64,000 bases of DNA from an uncultured Gammaproteobacteria bacterium (GCA_964503955.1 CAZDCG010000002.1:77047-141046); one strand, 5' to 3'; shown: positions 47,417-57,242, numbered from the stretch's first letter. The notes: generated by a model not told the origin, from the letters alone. Translations and numbers: made by a program.

Positions 47417-48197
47417 AAGCCGGGCCATTGTGTTAAAGTCATATGCATGGCCGCGCAATGCGCGGTTGTATGTTTTGTATACGGAGCGGTTCGGCAAAGT
47501 GAAAGCAGTGGCGTCGGGAGTGCAAAAAGTGACAAGCAAAGTAGCCGGACATCTGCAGCCATTTTCGATTACGGAAGCCATGATTGCACAGGGGCGGAAG
47601 TTCGACCGTCTTGCGCAGGCCAGATTTATGCGGGGATTTACGGGGGTGCACCGCGATTTTCTTTCCTTCGCGCAGGGTTCCTATGTGCTCGAGATTTTGG
47701 ATCATCTTACAAGCGAGGGGGTCGCGGATCAGGTAATTTGGGATTATACGCTTGAGGTGTTTGACCAGCTGAATGAACAAAGTGCCTGGGCGGATGAAGC
47801 GGATGTTGATCTGCAGGAGAAAAAAACGTATCTGACGAGATTGTATGCGCTTCGTTTGCTCAATCATTTTGGATTCGGGCCGGAGCTGTATGAATGCCTG
47901 CATTGCCGAAACGAGCTTCAACCGGACGAGCTTCATCTCAGTGTCTTGCAGAGCGGAATGCTTTGCGGAGCATGCGGCCCTTCTTCCACTGATACCATGC
48001 GCGTCTCCGTGGATCTCTTAAAAATGCTGCGGGCAGCCCGCAATCAACCTCTTCGCGATGCGGCCAAAATTTCTGTGGCACCAGACATCCGCGCGCAATG
48101 CGGACAAATTATCGATGAGTTGATGATGCTTCAGACGCAGCGATCTTTGCGAACGGCTGTCTTTGCTCCTGTTAAAAAGGCGCCTTCTTTCGTATAA
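47406..48197 (+). CDS. recO: DNA repair protein RecO
   Basis: OB-fold N-terminus and CxxC...CxxC zinc motif (CLHC ... CGAC). ATGA overlap with ruvX. Confidence 0.8.
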   Translation: MTYKSRAIVLKSYAWPRNARLYVLYTERFGKVKAVASGVQKVTSKVAGHLQPFSITEAMIAQGRKFDRLAQARFMRGFTGVHRDFLSFAQGSYVLEILDHLTSEGVADQVIWDYTLEVFDQLNEQSAWADEADVDLQEKKTYLTRLYALRLLNHFGFGPELYECLHCRNELQPDELHLSVLQSGMLCGACGPSSTDTMRVSVDLLKMLRAARNQPLRDAAKISVAPDIRAQCGQIIDELMMLQTQRSLRTAVFAPVKKAPSFV

Positions 48198-48215
48198 TGA
48201 ACCAAACATTACCGT

Positions 48216-49451
48216 ATGCCAAAACGAATTGTTATTTTAGGAGGCGGGGTAGCCGGCGCGGAAGCGATCAGGCGCGTTCATACCCACTTTCATGGAGATA
48301 AAAGCGTGAGTATTACGATCGTGGACAGGAATAATCACACCACATTCATCCCGATGCTTCATGAAGTCGCGACTGGTTCGGTCGGTGCGCGAGATATCAC
48401 GCACCCCATCAGGCAGATTATTAATTGCTGTCTTGAGCATTTTCACCAGGCCGACGTAAAGCACATTGATCTTGGACAAAGGATCGTAAAGACTTCTGCT
48501 GGCGAGGTGCCGTATGATTATCTGATTGTCGCGCTCGGTTCCACCAACAACTTTTTTGGTGTTCCCGGAGCAGAAGAATTCACACTGAAATTGAAAGAAA
48601 TGGAAGATGCCATCCGGCTGCGAAGACACTTGATCGATACATTCGAACAAGTATCCCGCATCGCGCATACTGATCCGCATCGCCAAGACGCGCTGCATTT
48701 CGTGATCGTGGGCGGGGGATATACAGGGGTCGAGACCGCTGGGCAAATGGCCGACCTTTTCAATGAAGAAATGCGGCTGCTGTATCCTGAGGTCTACGCG
48801 GATGAGCCTAAAATCACCTTGGTGCAAGCGGCGGATCGAATTCTTCCCATCCTTTCCGAGTCAAATAGCAGGAAAGCTTTGGAGCGTCTTGAGCGGCTGG
48901 GGGTGAATGTTCTCCTGAATACCAAGGTGGTTGCGGTTACAAAGGAAGGAGTGAGCCTGGATAATGGAAACGTACTTCGCTCGCATCATGTTCTTTGGAC
49001 ATCAGGGGTGATTGCCCAAGGGGCGGAATTTTTTGAGCCTGAATACATTGAGAAGGGGCGGGTCAAGGCAATGTCCACACTCCAGATTGTGGGGCATCCT
49101 GAAGCTTTTGTGATCGGCGATATTGCCGGCGTGATGGAGAAAGGCGGCCCGCATCCTCAAACGGCGCAGGCGGCCGTTCAGCAAGCCAGAGTGGCGGCTG
49201 ATAATCTCAAAGCGCTTGCTGATCATGAACCGCTGAAAGCATTCCATTACCGCCACCGAGGCGATTTGATCCCCATTGGGGACAGGTGGGCGATCGCTGA
49301 AATCTATGGAATCAAGTTCACTGGCTTTTTCGCCTGGTGGCTGCGTCGAACAGTATATCTTCAAGGCATATTCTCATGGAGCGACCGTTTGCGCGTCGTC
49401 TTTAATTGGACAATGAATCTCTTCAGCAAACGAGACACAACACGCTTATGA
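48216..49451 (+). CDS. ndh: Type II NADH dehydrogenase (NDH-2)
   Basis: Two GxGxxG dinucleotide folds (ILGGGVAG, IVGGGYTG). Confidence 0.8.
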   Translation: MPKRIVILGGGVAGAEAIRRVHTHFHGDKSVSITIVDRNNHTTFIPMLHEVATGSVGARDITHPIRQIINCCLEHFHQADVKHIDLGQRIVKTSAGEVPYDYLIVALGSTNNFFGVPGAEEFTLKLKEMEDAIRLRRHLIDTFEQVSRIAHTDPHRQDALHFVIVGGGYTGVETAGQMADLFNEEMRLLYPEVYADEPKITLVQAADRILPILSESNSRKALERLERLGVNVLLNTKVVAVTKEGVSLDNGNVLRSHHVLWTSGVIAQGAEFFEPEYIEKGRVKAMSTLQIVGHPEAFVIGDIAGVMEKGGPHPQTAQAAVQQARVAADNLKALADHEPLKAFHYRHRGDLIPIGDRWAIAEIYGIKFTGFFAWWLRRTVYLQGIFSWSDRLRVVFNWTMNLFSKRDTTRL

Positions 49452-50137
49452 CAGACGAACAGGAGAAAACCATGCAGGCTATTATTCTCGCGGGAATTAT
49501 TGTCGCAGGTTTGCTAGTGGCCGTAGTTCTGCACTTTATCCGCAGCTATGAATTTCCGGCTCAAGAGCCGGTGAGGCCGTCCATTCTTTCACCGGATACA
49601 AGTCCATGGATGGAACCTCTTACGGCTGATCAGGCCGCTTCGCTTGCACAGCAGCGGATTGTGACGCATGCCTCTTATATGAGCGACCAGCAGCCGGCCG
49701 TCTTATTCACGGGAGCGGCAGAAATCGGACAGAATCATTGGAGCACCGGCTTTCGCGTGGCCCAAACGTTTCAAGAAACGGAACAATTGTATCATCACCG
49801 TGTTGAGGTGAAAGATGCCCGTATTATCCGCCATGAAGTAAGCGTTTCTGATGCCGGCGAGCGGCTCACCATTTCAAGCCCCGAGCCGGAAGCAATCTTG
49901 GCCGAAGAAACAGTCAAGTTAAAAGGGCAAACCCCTGAACGCGTTTCCGTAGTACAATTATGGGTGCGAAATCAGGCAGGCAATACCGTACTCCAGCGGC
50001 AAGTTCCCGTCCAAAACAGCGCATTCGTCTCGGATATTACCCTGCCAGAGCCGGGAAACTATGTCATGAGCGTTTCCTCCGGTGATATTGTCGTTCACAT
50101 TCCTTTTATTTATCATGGAGAAGCATCAACTCTATGA
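49448..50137 (+). CDS. Membrane-anchored hypothetical protein, start- and stop-coupled to ndh and the ABC ATPase
   Basis: ATGA overlaps at both ends. One N-terminal TM. Confidence 0.5.
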   Translation: MTDEQEKTMQAIILAGIIVAGLLVAVVLHFIRSYEFPAQEPVRPSILSPDTSPWMEPLTADQAASLAQQRIVTHASYMSDQQPAVLFTGAAEIGQNHWSTGFRVAQTFQETEQLYHHRVEVKDARIIRHEVSVSDAGERLTISSPEPEAILAEETVKLKGQTPERVSVVQLWVRNQAGNTVLQRQVPVQNSAFVSDITLPEPGNYVMSVSSGDIVVHIPFIYHGEASTL

Positions 50138-50880
50138 AGAATCTCGCGGTTGAAATCAAGCAGCTGACGGTACAATTCGGCGATCAGGAGCCGTTATTTT
50201 CCAATTTGAGCTTAGTGATGGAAAAGGGAGAATTTGTCGCGATCATCGGCCCCAATGGATCTGGGAAATCAACGCTGATGAAAACGGTTATGGGACTGAT
50301 CAAGCCGGTTTCAGGCTATGTGAATGTCTACGAGCAGAAAATCGGCTATGTGCCGCAATATGTGAATAAAGAGGAGTTTTCTCCCATGACGGTTCGCGAA
50401 TTGCTGGCCATAAAGACTCCCGGTTCGCGGTTCTGGTGGGGGATTAAGCAGGACGATCAAACGTTTCTTGAAATCCTCAAACTCACCAACGTTCAAGACG
50501 TGCTGGATCGGCAGATTCGGCAGCTTTCGGGAGGCCAATTCCAACGGGTGCTGATTGCTTCCGCGCTGATCGGCAATCCGGGGCTGCTCATCCTTGACGA
50601 ACCAGTCTCAGGGATTGATATCCATGGAGAGCAGGAATTTTTTACCCTGCTTGAACAACTGCAAAAAAAACGCGATCTCACCATTGTCATGATTTCGCAT
50701 GATATCGATGTGGTGTATCGGTACGCATCCCAGGTTGTCTGCCTTAATCGCGCGCTTATTTGCCATGGAGAGCCGCTTGAGGTACTGACGAAAGAAACCA
50801 TCGAGAAGACATTTTCATCCAAGCGAGGCATTTACCATCATCAGCATAAAGTCGATCCAAAGCATAAACACGATCTATGA
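50134..50880 (+). CDS. ABC transporter ATP-binding protein (metal-uptake ZnuC/MntA-like)
   Basis: Walker A GPNGSGKST, LSGGQ signature. Confidence 0.8.
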   Translation: MKNLAVEIKQLTVQFGDQEPLFSNLSLVMEKGEFVAIIGPNGSGKSTLMKTVMGLIKPVSGYVNVYEQKIGYVPQYVNKEEFSPMTVRELLAIKTPGSRFWWGIKQDDQTFLEILKLTNVQDVLDRQIRQLSGGQFQRVLIASALIGNPGLLILDEPVSGIDIHGEQEFFTLLEQLQKKRDLTIVMISHDIDVVYRYASQVVCLNRALICHGEPLEVLTKETIEKTFSSKRGIYHHQHKVDPKHKHDL

Positions 50881-51683
50881 CAGAATTTGTCACTTTTCTC
50901 TCTTTTGGGTTTGTCCAGCGGGCGCTTATCGCCGGCCTGGTTTTGGCCGTGCTCGCTTCGATGCTGGGAGTATTCGTCTTGATGCGGCGCATGTCCTTTT
51001 TCAGTGACGCAATGGCCCATGCGAGCCTGCTTGGTGTCGCGATCAGTCTTTTGCTGGTAATGAATCCTGTGATCGGCGCGGTCATTGGAAGCCTGCTTGT
51101 GTCGCTGTTGATCGCCTTTTTGATCCGGCAGAGGACCTTGTCCGCTGATACCATCATCGGGGTGGTCTTTTCAAGCTCGGTGGCTTTGGCGATCTTTCTC
51201 ATGAGCACCTTTCAGCGCAGCCCGGTGGATCTGACATCGCTGCTCTTTGGTGATCTATTGGCCGTTTCCACCGTTGACGTGGTGCTCGCACTGATTCTTT
51301 TTGTCCTGACCGCTTTTTTTGTGAAATTCTACACAAAACCCATGCTTATTGCCGGATTTCACAAGGACTTGGCCAAATTGGAGTACAAACGAACGGAACT
51401 GATCGAAGCGCTCTTTCTTGCCTTGCTGGCCTTTGTGATTGCCGTGAGCCTGAAGATGGCGGGAGCGATTCTTGTTTCCGCTCTGATCATCATTCCTGCG
51501 GCCGCGGCACAGAATATGGCAAAAAATATCCGGCAGATGTTCCTGGCTTCGGTTTTGATCGGGGCCGTGAGCGTGGTTCTTGGAATGTACTTTTCCTTCG
51601 TCTTTGACTCGCCTTCCGGTTCGACTATTGTGCTTGTAGCGAGCATGTTCTTTTTATTGAGCTTGTTGGTTCGTTCTAAATAA
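50877..51683 (+). CDS. ABC-3 family metal permease (ZnuB/MntB-like)
   Basis: ABC-3 permease TM pattern. Confidence 0.8.
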   Translation: MTEFVTFLSFGFVQRALIAGLVLAVLASMLGVFVLMRRMSFFSDAMAHASLLGVAISLLLVMNPVIGAVIGSLLVSLLIAFLIRQRTLSADTIIGVVFSSSVALAIFLMSTFQRSPVDLTSLLFGDLLAVSTVDVVLALILFVLTAFFVKFYTKPMLIAGFHKDLAKLEYKRTELIEALFLALLAFVIAVSLKMAGAILVSALIIIPAAAAQNMAKNIRQMFLASVLIGAVSVVLGMYFSFVFDSPSGSTIVLVASMFFLLSLLVRSK

Positions 51684-51685
51684 CT

Positions 51686-52369
51686 ATGGCAACACCCTCT
51701 CTATTCAAACTAACCGCGTCCGAACAGAGAAATGCGATTGACAAACTGATCGCGGGGGCGGCTCCTCAAACGGAATTTTACCTGCTTCTGATCCTTTCTA
51801 CGGTCATTACAACAATCGGCCTGCTGCTTGACAGCATGACGGTTGTGATCGGGGGCATGCTTGTCGCTCCGATTATTTCGCCGATTCTCAGCATTGCCAT
51901 GGCCATTGTCATGGCTGACTTCAAGCTTCTATGGCAGGCGGTGAAGGTATTAAGCGCTTCGATCGTCATTGTCATGATCATTGCGCTGTTTATCAGCCTT
52001 ATTTCTGTGGGGATCGAAGTCAATTCTGAGATTGCGGCCCGCGGAGTTGTTTCGTTCGGGTTCTTTTTCGTGGCTTTGGCCGCCGGCATTGCCGCCGCAT
52101 TTGCTTTTTCACGACCAAGCCTGAGCGAAGCAATCCCCGGTATTGCGGTGACCGTCGCTTTATTACCGCCACTTGTCGTGGTGGCAATCGCGATTCCATT
52201 GGCGGACTATGGGCTGTTCGTAAAATCGCTTGGGTTATTCGGCCTGAACATTCTTGGGATCATTACGGCCGCAACCATGGTTTTCTCCTTGATGGGCTTT
52301 TATCGCCAACGAAAACAGGCTGTGGAGCGGCTCGAACAGGAGATGAAACAGAAGGAACAGGGAGCTTGA
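51686..52369 (+). CDS. DUF389-family membrane protein
   Basis: GGMLVAPIISPI ... hydrophobic repeats typical of TIGR00341/DUF389. Confidence 0.5.
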   Translation: MATPSLFKLTASEQRNAIDKLIAGAAPQTEFYLLLILSTVITTIGLLLDSMTVVIGGMLVAPIISPILSIAMAIVMADFKLLWQAVKVLSASIVIVMIIALFISLISVGIEVNSEIAARGVVSFGFFFVALAAGIAAAFAFSRPSLSEAIPGIAVTVALLPPLVVVAIAIPLADYGLFVKSLGLFGLNILGIITAATMVFSLMGFYRQRKQAVERLEQEMKQKEQGA

Positions 52370-52465
52370 AATATTCAGTTTGTTTTGCTGTATTGTAGAT
52401 AAGAACGCCTAAGCATTTAGGCGGATATGGGTGTGGAGGGCATTCATGTTCGCGGATCGCGAAAT

Positions 52466-53110
52466 ATGGAAAAAATCAAAGCGGCTCTATTGCCAAATAT
52501 CCTTGAGCGCGCACTTTCCTTGCATCGATCACAAGCGGAAAAAAAGGACGTTTCTTACCAGGAAATGACAGACGAGCATCTGGTAGAAGCGGTTCGAGGC
52601 GGGGAAGAGCGTGCGTTCATGTACCTGGTTCAACGTTACGAAGGAAAGCTGTTCGCCTATATCATGCGTCTGATTAATCACCGCGACGACGCGCGCGATA
52701 TCACGCAGGATGTTTTTCTTAAGGCATACCGCAACTTGCACCGGTTTGATACCGAGCGCAAGTTCTCTTCCTGGATTTACCGTATTGCTCATAATGAATC
52801 CGTTAACTGGCTGAAGAAAAAGACGCGCGCGAAAGTAGAATCGCTTGAAAGCCAGGTGGAAAAGGGATTGCAGATCGCGTCCAAAAGCGATGTCTTCGAA
52901 TCGTACGCGAGAAAAGAAGAGCAGATTATGGTGAGGAAGGCGATTGATGCGCTTCCTGAAAAATATCGCGTCGTTATGGAACTGCGCTACCTGGACGAGC
53001 GGTCGTATGAAGAAATCAGCCTGGTTCTGGCCAAACCGGTTAATACCGTGGGGACGCTCATCAATCGAGCAAAAAAGCGGCTTCTGTCGCAACTGGAAAA
53101 CCCGTCTTGA
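52466..53110 (+). CDS. ECF-type RNA polymerase sigma factor (sigma-70 regions 2 and 4) with N-terminal extension
   Basis: DITQDVFLKAYRNLHRFD ... SWIYRIAHN (region 2), LDERSYEEISLVLAKPVNTVGTLINRAKKRL (region 4). Start is uncertain (52427/52466/52565). Confidence 0.7.
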   Translation: MEKIKAALLPNILERALSLHRSQAEKKDVSYQEMTDEHLVEAVRGGEERAFMYLVQRYEGKLFAYIMRLINHRDDARDITQDVFLKAYRNLHRFDTERKFSSWIYRIAHNESVNWLKKKTRAKVESLESQVEKGLQIASKSDVFESYARKEEQIMVRKAIDALPEKYRVVMELRYLDERSYEEISLVLAKPVNTVGTLINRAKKRLLSQLENPS

Positions 53111-53116
53111 TCACGT

Positions 53117-54031
53117 ATGAACAAACGCCCAACTGATAACGAATTAGAGCGCATGATTGAATCTGCCAATCATACGGAGTCTTACTCCTGTGCAGACCAA
53201 GTCATGGCAAAAATCAAAAGCGGTCGCATTTCGATGCGATCGCGTTGGGTTATTCTCACCGAAGAGCTCGGGCTTCGCACGAGCTGGATCGTGGCGGTTT
53301 TTGCGCTCATTGGAGTCATCAACCTGACCTTATTTATTCTCAGCCAGGGGCCGCAATGGCATTTCCTTGGATTTGGAGCCGCCGGCTGGCAGATTGTTCT
53401 GCTTAATATTCCGTTTGGCTGGATTGCCTTGGGAATGGGATTGCTGGTATTTTCTATCATCGCCATGCAGCGGTTTTCGTTTTCCTATCTTTTTCCGCTC
53501 AAGCTGTTTTCCGCTTTATTGATTATAGGGGTATTTTCAGCCGGCGGCGTGGCTTTTGCAACAGGAATAAACGACATGCTTTACCAGGAGCTTGTTGAAA
53601 AGCCCGGTGAAGGGAAATCGTTTCTTGCAAAGCTGTATTGCCTTTCCGCGAACCGCAGGCTTGAATCGGACCGCGCATTGATCGGGGAAGTGCTTGACCG
53701 GCAGCGCAATGGCTTTTTGGTGCAGACCCCGTCTCTGGATCTTGTTTCCGTTGCTGTTTCCGAACAGACCCGCTGGATGAATTCTCAGGAGAATCTTGAA
53801 ACCTTCCAGGTTGTGCATTTGCTTGGAAAGCGGGAAGGAGATCAGTTTGTCGCGACCCATGTAAAGATTCAGCCTCAAAAGGGGGTTGTGCTCAGCCGCG
53901 ACGAGGAAGACTGCGTGAGCAAAACGGCCTGGCAGCATAAGCGCGAGGTGGCGGAAAAGCGCCGACGCGCCGTTTTACAGCCATTATCACCGAGCATAGG
54001 GACTGCTCAGGTTGTGAAATCTATTTACTAA
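53117..54031 (+). CDS. Putative anti-sigma factor (membrane, 5-6 TM), by position only
   Basis: Lies immediately downstream of the ECF sigma gene. No motif. Confidence 0.4.
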   Translation: MNKRPTDNELERMIESANHTESYSCADQVMAKIKSGRISMRSRWVILTEELGLRTSWIVAVFALIGVINLTLFILSQGPQWHFLGFGAAGWQIVLLNIPFGWIALGMGLLVFSIIAMQRFSFSYLFPLKLFSALLIIGVFSAGGVAFATGINDMLYQELVEKPGEGKSFLAKLYCLSANRRLESDRALIGEVLDRQRNGFLVQTPSLDLVSVAVSEQTRWMNSQENLETFQVVHLLGKREGDQFVATHVKIQPQKGVVLSRDEEDCVSKTAWQHKREVAEKRRRAVLQPLSPSIGTAQVVKSIY

Positions 54032-54200
54032 TACTTCAGCAAGGTTTTAGGAGTGAAAGAATATTCTGACGACGGAGTATAAGGAGGCAAAGGTCGTCAT
54101 CATAGGATTAACCTTTCAAGAAGTCAGGCGGGTTTTACCCTCGGACACGCCTGACAATTGAGAATAAGCCGCCCCGTAAAAAAGGGTGGTTTATTCTTTT

Positions 54201-54552
54201 TGGGGTACAAATCACAAATCTGTTACGAATCTACAAATGGGTACGAATACGAATTTTTACGAATCTACGAATGGCCGGGTACAAATCACGAATGGGTTAC
54301 GAATTTACGAATAACTTCTTCTCAAGAATTTCCTATTGAGTGCAAACTCCCCTCCACATAGGAGGGGCTGGGGGTGGTATGTCAAAGCGAAAGAATCGGG
54401 ACGCGGACAGAGCCCTCGGTCCGACGATCATCAGAGCTCGCGGGCAGCATGTAGAACGTGCCAGGAAGCCTGCGACCGACTTCAGGGGCCCTTTTTAAGG
54501 ATTCTCTTGTCCAAACATATTTGTAGATTTGTATCCGATTCGTGATTCGTCC
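54201..54552. mobile_element. MITE-like element, copy 1 (about 350 bp; 35-bp terminal inverted repeats GGTACAAATCACAAATCTGTTACGAATCTACAAAT; internal tacgaat repeats plus GC-rich core)
   Basis: TIR pair seen in sequence. Same TIRs bound the second element at 59597-59714. Confidence 0.5.
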
Positions 54553-54584
54553 CCCTGATCATTAGGAAACTTTAATTATTACTG

Positions 54585-54608
54585 CAGTTCCATTATAATC
54601 ATGGAACT
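54585..54608 (+). promoter_or_regulatory. Palindrome AGTTCCAT-TATAATC-ATGGAACT overlapping the -10 hexamer directly before the uvrD ATG (operator-like; near-leaderless)
   Basis: Perfect 8-bp arms around TATAAT. Confidence 0.45.
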
Positions 54609-56717
54609 ATGCAACCTGAAAAAACCTACGTTTTACATTCATCAAGCACGCCGATACAAACGAATATTGATTATGCCAAGGAATTAAATGACGAGCAGCT
54701 GGCCGTCGTTTTGGGAGGAGATGGGCCTTGTCTTGTGCTTGCCGGAGCTGGCAGCGGCAAGACCAGAACCCTGGTATACCGGGTCGCGCATCTGCTTGAA
54801 AAGGGGATAAAGCCGGAAGAAATCCTGCTCATGACCTTTACCAATAAAGCAGCCCGCGAAATGATGGAGCGCGTGGAGCAGCTTCTTGGCCGCCAGCCAA
54901 AAGGGCTTTGGGGCGGGACATTTCATTCCATTGCCAACCGCCTTTTGCAGCAATACGCGGACAGAGTCGGCTATGGAAAGAACTTTTCTATTCTCGACAG
55001 CGACGACCAGCAAAAGCTTATGACGCAAGTGCATAAAGAGCTGGCCATCCCTAAAGAGTCGTATATTCCAAAAAAGCGGGTGATCCAGTCGATTATTTCC
55101 TTCGCGCAAAATAGCCAGAAGAGCATCCGCGAAGTGGTTGAGTCTTCTTACGCGTATCTTATTCCAGAGGTTATTCCCATTATTGAGCGGATCGCCGAGC
55201 ATTATCAGCAGAAAAAACAGGAAGCGAATGTGATGGATTTTGACGATTTGCTGACCAATTTGCTTCGTCTGCTGGAACACCCGGAAGCGGGGCCGCGCGT
55301 GGCGCAAAAATTCACCTATGTGCTGGTTGACGAGTTTCAGGATACAAATACCGTTCAGGCAAAGATCGTACAGCGTTTTTCACAACCGCAGGAGAATATC
55401 CTGGTCGTGGGCGACGACGCACAGAGTATTTATTCGTTCCGCGCGGCAACCGTGCAGAATATCCTTTCTTTCCAGCAAGTCTATCCTCAAGCCAAACTCT
55501 TTAAACTTGAGGTGAATTACCGCAGTACGCCAGACATTTTACAGCTGGCCAATGCGTCAATCCGCAATAATCAATTCCAGTACGACAAAAGCCTGCGCAG
55601 CATGTTTGAAGGCCAGAGCGCTAAGCCCGTGCTTGTTCCTTCACGGGACGCGCAGCAGCAGGCGGAATTTATTGCCCAGCGGATTCTTGAGCTGCGCGAC
55701 AAGAATTACAGCCTTGATGAAATGGCGGTGCTCTTCCGTTCGTCTTTTCAAATCATTGAAATGGAATTGGAGCTGAATAAGCGAGGCATTCCGTATATTG
55801 TCCGCGGCGGGCTGCGCTTCTTCGAGCAGGCGCATATCAAAGATGTTCTGGCATACTTGCAGCTCATGCATAATCCTCGCGATGAGATGTCGTGGCGGCG
55901 CATTCTTGGTCTCTATGAAGGGGTTGGTCCGGCCACGGCGACCAAGGTCTGGAATAAGCTTAAGGAACAGGAAACGCTCACGGCCATGCTTTCGGTTTTG
56001 GCGGAATCAGCGGGGCGCGGGAAGGCGGCCGGAAGCATTGCCGCTTTGCAGCGATTTTTCTTCAAGTTGATTGAGCTGCCGAAAGATCGGCTGCATGAGC
56101 TGATCATGACCATTCTTGAACAGGGATATCAGGTGCAGTTAGAGCGGACGTATGAAGACGCGCGCGACCGTCTTGAGGATTTGCATCAGCTCGCGTTGTT
56201 TGCGGCGCAATATCAAAACTTGGCGGATTTTTTAAGCGAGGCATCTCTGTCGGAAGGATTTAAAGGGGAACGGGCCGCGTCCGCGCAGGAAGCTGAGCCT
56301 GATGAACGATTGGTTCTTTCAACCATTCACCAGGCAAAGGGGCTTGAATGGGACGTGGTCTTTACGCTGGGGCTGGCTGAGGGACAGTTTCCGCATTACA
56401 AGGTGGCGGACAAGCCGCAGGAAATTGAAGAGGAGCGACGCTTGTTTTACGTGGCCGTTACACGTCCGCGCAAATTGCTCTACATGGTCTATCCGCTGAC
56501 AAGCCGCAGCTATGCGACCGGCGAAGTGATCCACCGCCCATCGATTTTCATCCGCGAAATCAGTGATGACTTGTTTGAGACTTGGCAAATTTCTGAAGTG
56601 CGTGATCATGCTGTGATCTCGCTTCGAAATGACAGCGGGGTGACCTATATTGACGAAGAAACACCCGCTGACCAGGAAAGCGGCGGAGATATTTTTTCGC
56701 TGTTGCGGAATATTTAA
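54609..56717 (+). CDS. uvrD: ATP-dependent DNA helicase, UvrD/PcrA/Rep family
   Basis: GAGSGKTRT (motif I), DEFQDTN (motif II), VGDDAQSIY, and later helicase motifs. Confidence 0.85.
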   Translation: MQPEKTYVLHSSSTPIQTNIDYAKELNDEQLAVVLGGDGPCLVLAGAGSGKTRTLVYRVAHLLEKGIKPEEILLMTFTNKAAREMMERVEQLLGRQPKGLWGGTFHSIANRLLQQYADRVGYGKNFSILDSDDQQKLMTQVHKELAIPKESYIPKKRVIQSIISFAQNSQKSIREVVESSYAYLIPEVIPIIERIAEHYQQKKQEANVMDFDDLLTNLLRLLEHPEAGPRVAQKFTYVLVDEFQDTNTVQAKIVQRFSQPQENILVVGDDAQSIYSFRAATVQNILSFQQVYPQAKLFKLEVNYRSTPDILQLANASIRNNQFQYDKSLRSMFEGQSAKPVLVPSRDAQQQAEFIAQRILELRDKNYSLDEMAVLFRSSFQIIEMELELNKRGIPYIVRGGLRFFEQAHIKDVLAYLQLMHNPRDEMSWRRILGLYEGVGPATATKVWNKLKEQETLTAMLSVLAESAGRGKAAGSIAALQRFFFKLIELPKDRLHELIMTILEQGYQVQLERTYEDARDRLEDLHQLALFAAQYQNLADFLSEASLSEGFKGERAASAQEAEPDERLVLSTIHQAKGLEWDVVFTLGLAEGQFPHYKVADKPQEIEEERRLFYVAVTRPRKLLYMVYPLTSRSYATGEVIHRPSIFIREISDDLFETWQISEVRDHAVISLRNDSGVTYIDEETPADQESGGDIFSLLRNI

Positions 56718-56777
56718 AGGCATTGAACTGAAACAATGAACGAGAATGCCGCGGCTCCTGAGGGCTGCGGCTTTGTC

Positions 56778-56829
56778 TTGATAAGCAGGGGAAGCTATGC
56801 TAATCTCTAGAAACTGAGAATAATTCTCA
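56778..56829 (+). promoter_or_regulatory. Promoter TTGATA-N17-TAATCT followed by a perfect 7-1-7 Fur-type box TGAGAATAATTCTCA (56815-56829)
   Basis: Palindrome seen in sequence, positioned at or after the TSS of the Fur-family gene. Confidence 0.55.
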
Positions 56830-56861
56830 AAATAGAGTTGATTTTGGCTAATCTCAGCAAA

Positions 56862-57242
56862 ATGGCTTACCAAACCTCTCAAAAGCAAGCGATTCTGCAA
56901 TGGGTGAAGATGGCAAAGACACACCCCACGGCAGAAGAAGTGTTTAAAGGCGTGCAGAAAAAACTGCCGGGTATTGGATTTGCCACGGTGTATCGTAATC
57001 TGGCGGCATTAGCTAAAGAGGGAAAAATCAGGGAAGTCCAGTTTGTGGACAAGAAGAAACGCTACGAGGGCACTACACATCGCCATCAGCATTTCATCTG
57101 CACAGACTGCCGACGGATTATCGATATGGAATTGACGGCCTTGCTCAATGTGGAAGAAGCCGTGTCAAAGCTGCAATGCCACTCGGTACAGGATTATACG
57201 CTTGAGCTGACGGGGGTTTGTGCCGCTTGTAAAGCCAGTTAA
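56862..57242 (+). CDS. Fur-family metalloregulator, PerR/Zur-like (HxHHF ... CxxC ... CxxC)
   Basis: TVYRNL DNA-recognition helix. HRHQHFICTDCRRI and CAACK zinc sites. Confidence 0.8.
   Translation: MAYQTSQKQAILQWVKMAKTHPTAEEVFKGVQKKLPGIGFATVYRNLAALAKEGKIREVQFVDKKKRYEGTTHRHQHFICTDCRRIIDMELTALLNVEEAVSKLQCHSVQDYTLELTGVCAACKAS

Noticed and set aside
54313-54500. GC-rich MITE passenger as SRP RNA, RNase P RNA, tmRNA or 6S RNA
   Set aside because: None of the diagnostic strings is present: SRP domain IV GGAAGGAAGCAGC, RNase P AGGAAAGUCCGGGCUCC, or the tmRNA tRNA-like ends. Only a partial GCCAGGAAGC resemblance was seen.
54336-54545. 69-aa ORF inside MITE copy 1 (TTG start)
   Set aside because: It needs a TTG start and runs into the terminal inverted repeat. 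Only an internal 39-codon ATG ORF with SD is noted as a possibility under the MITE finding.
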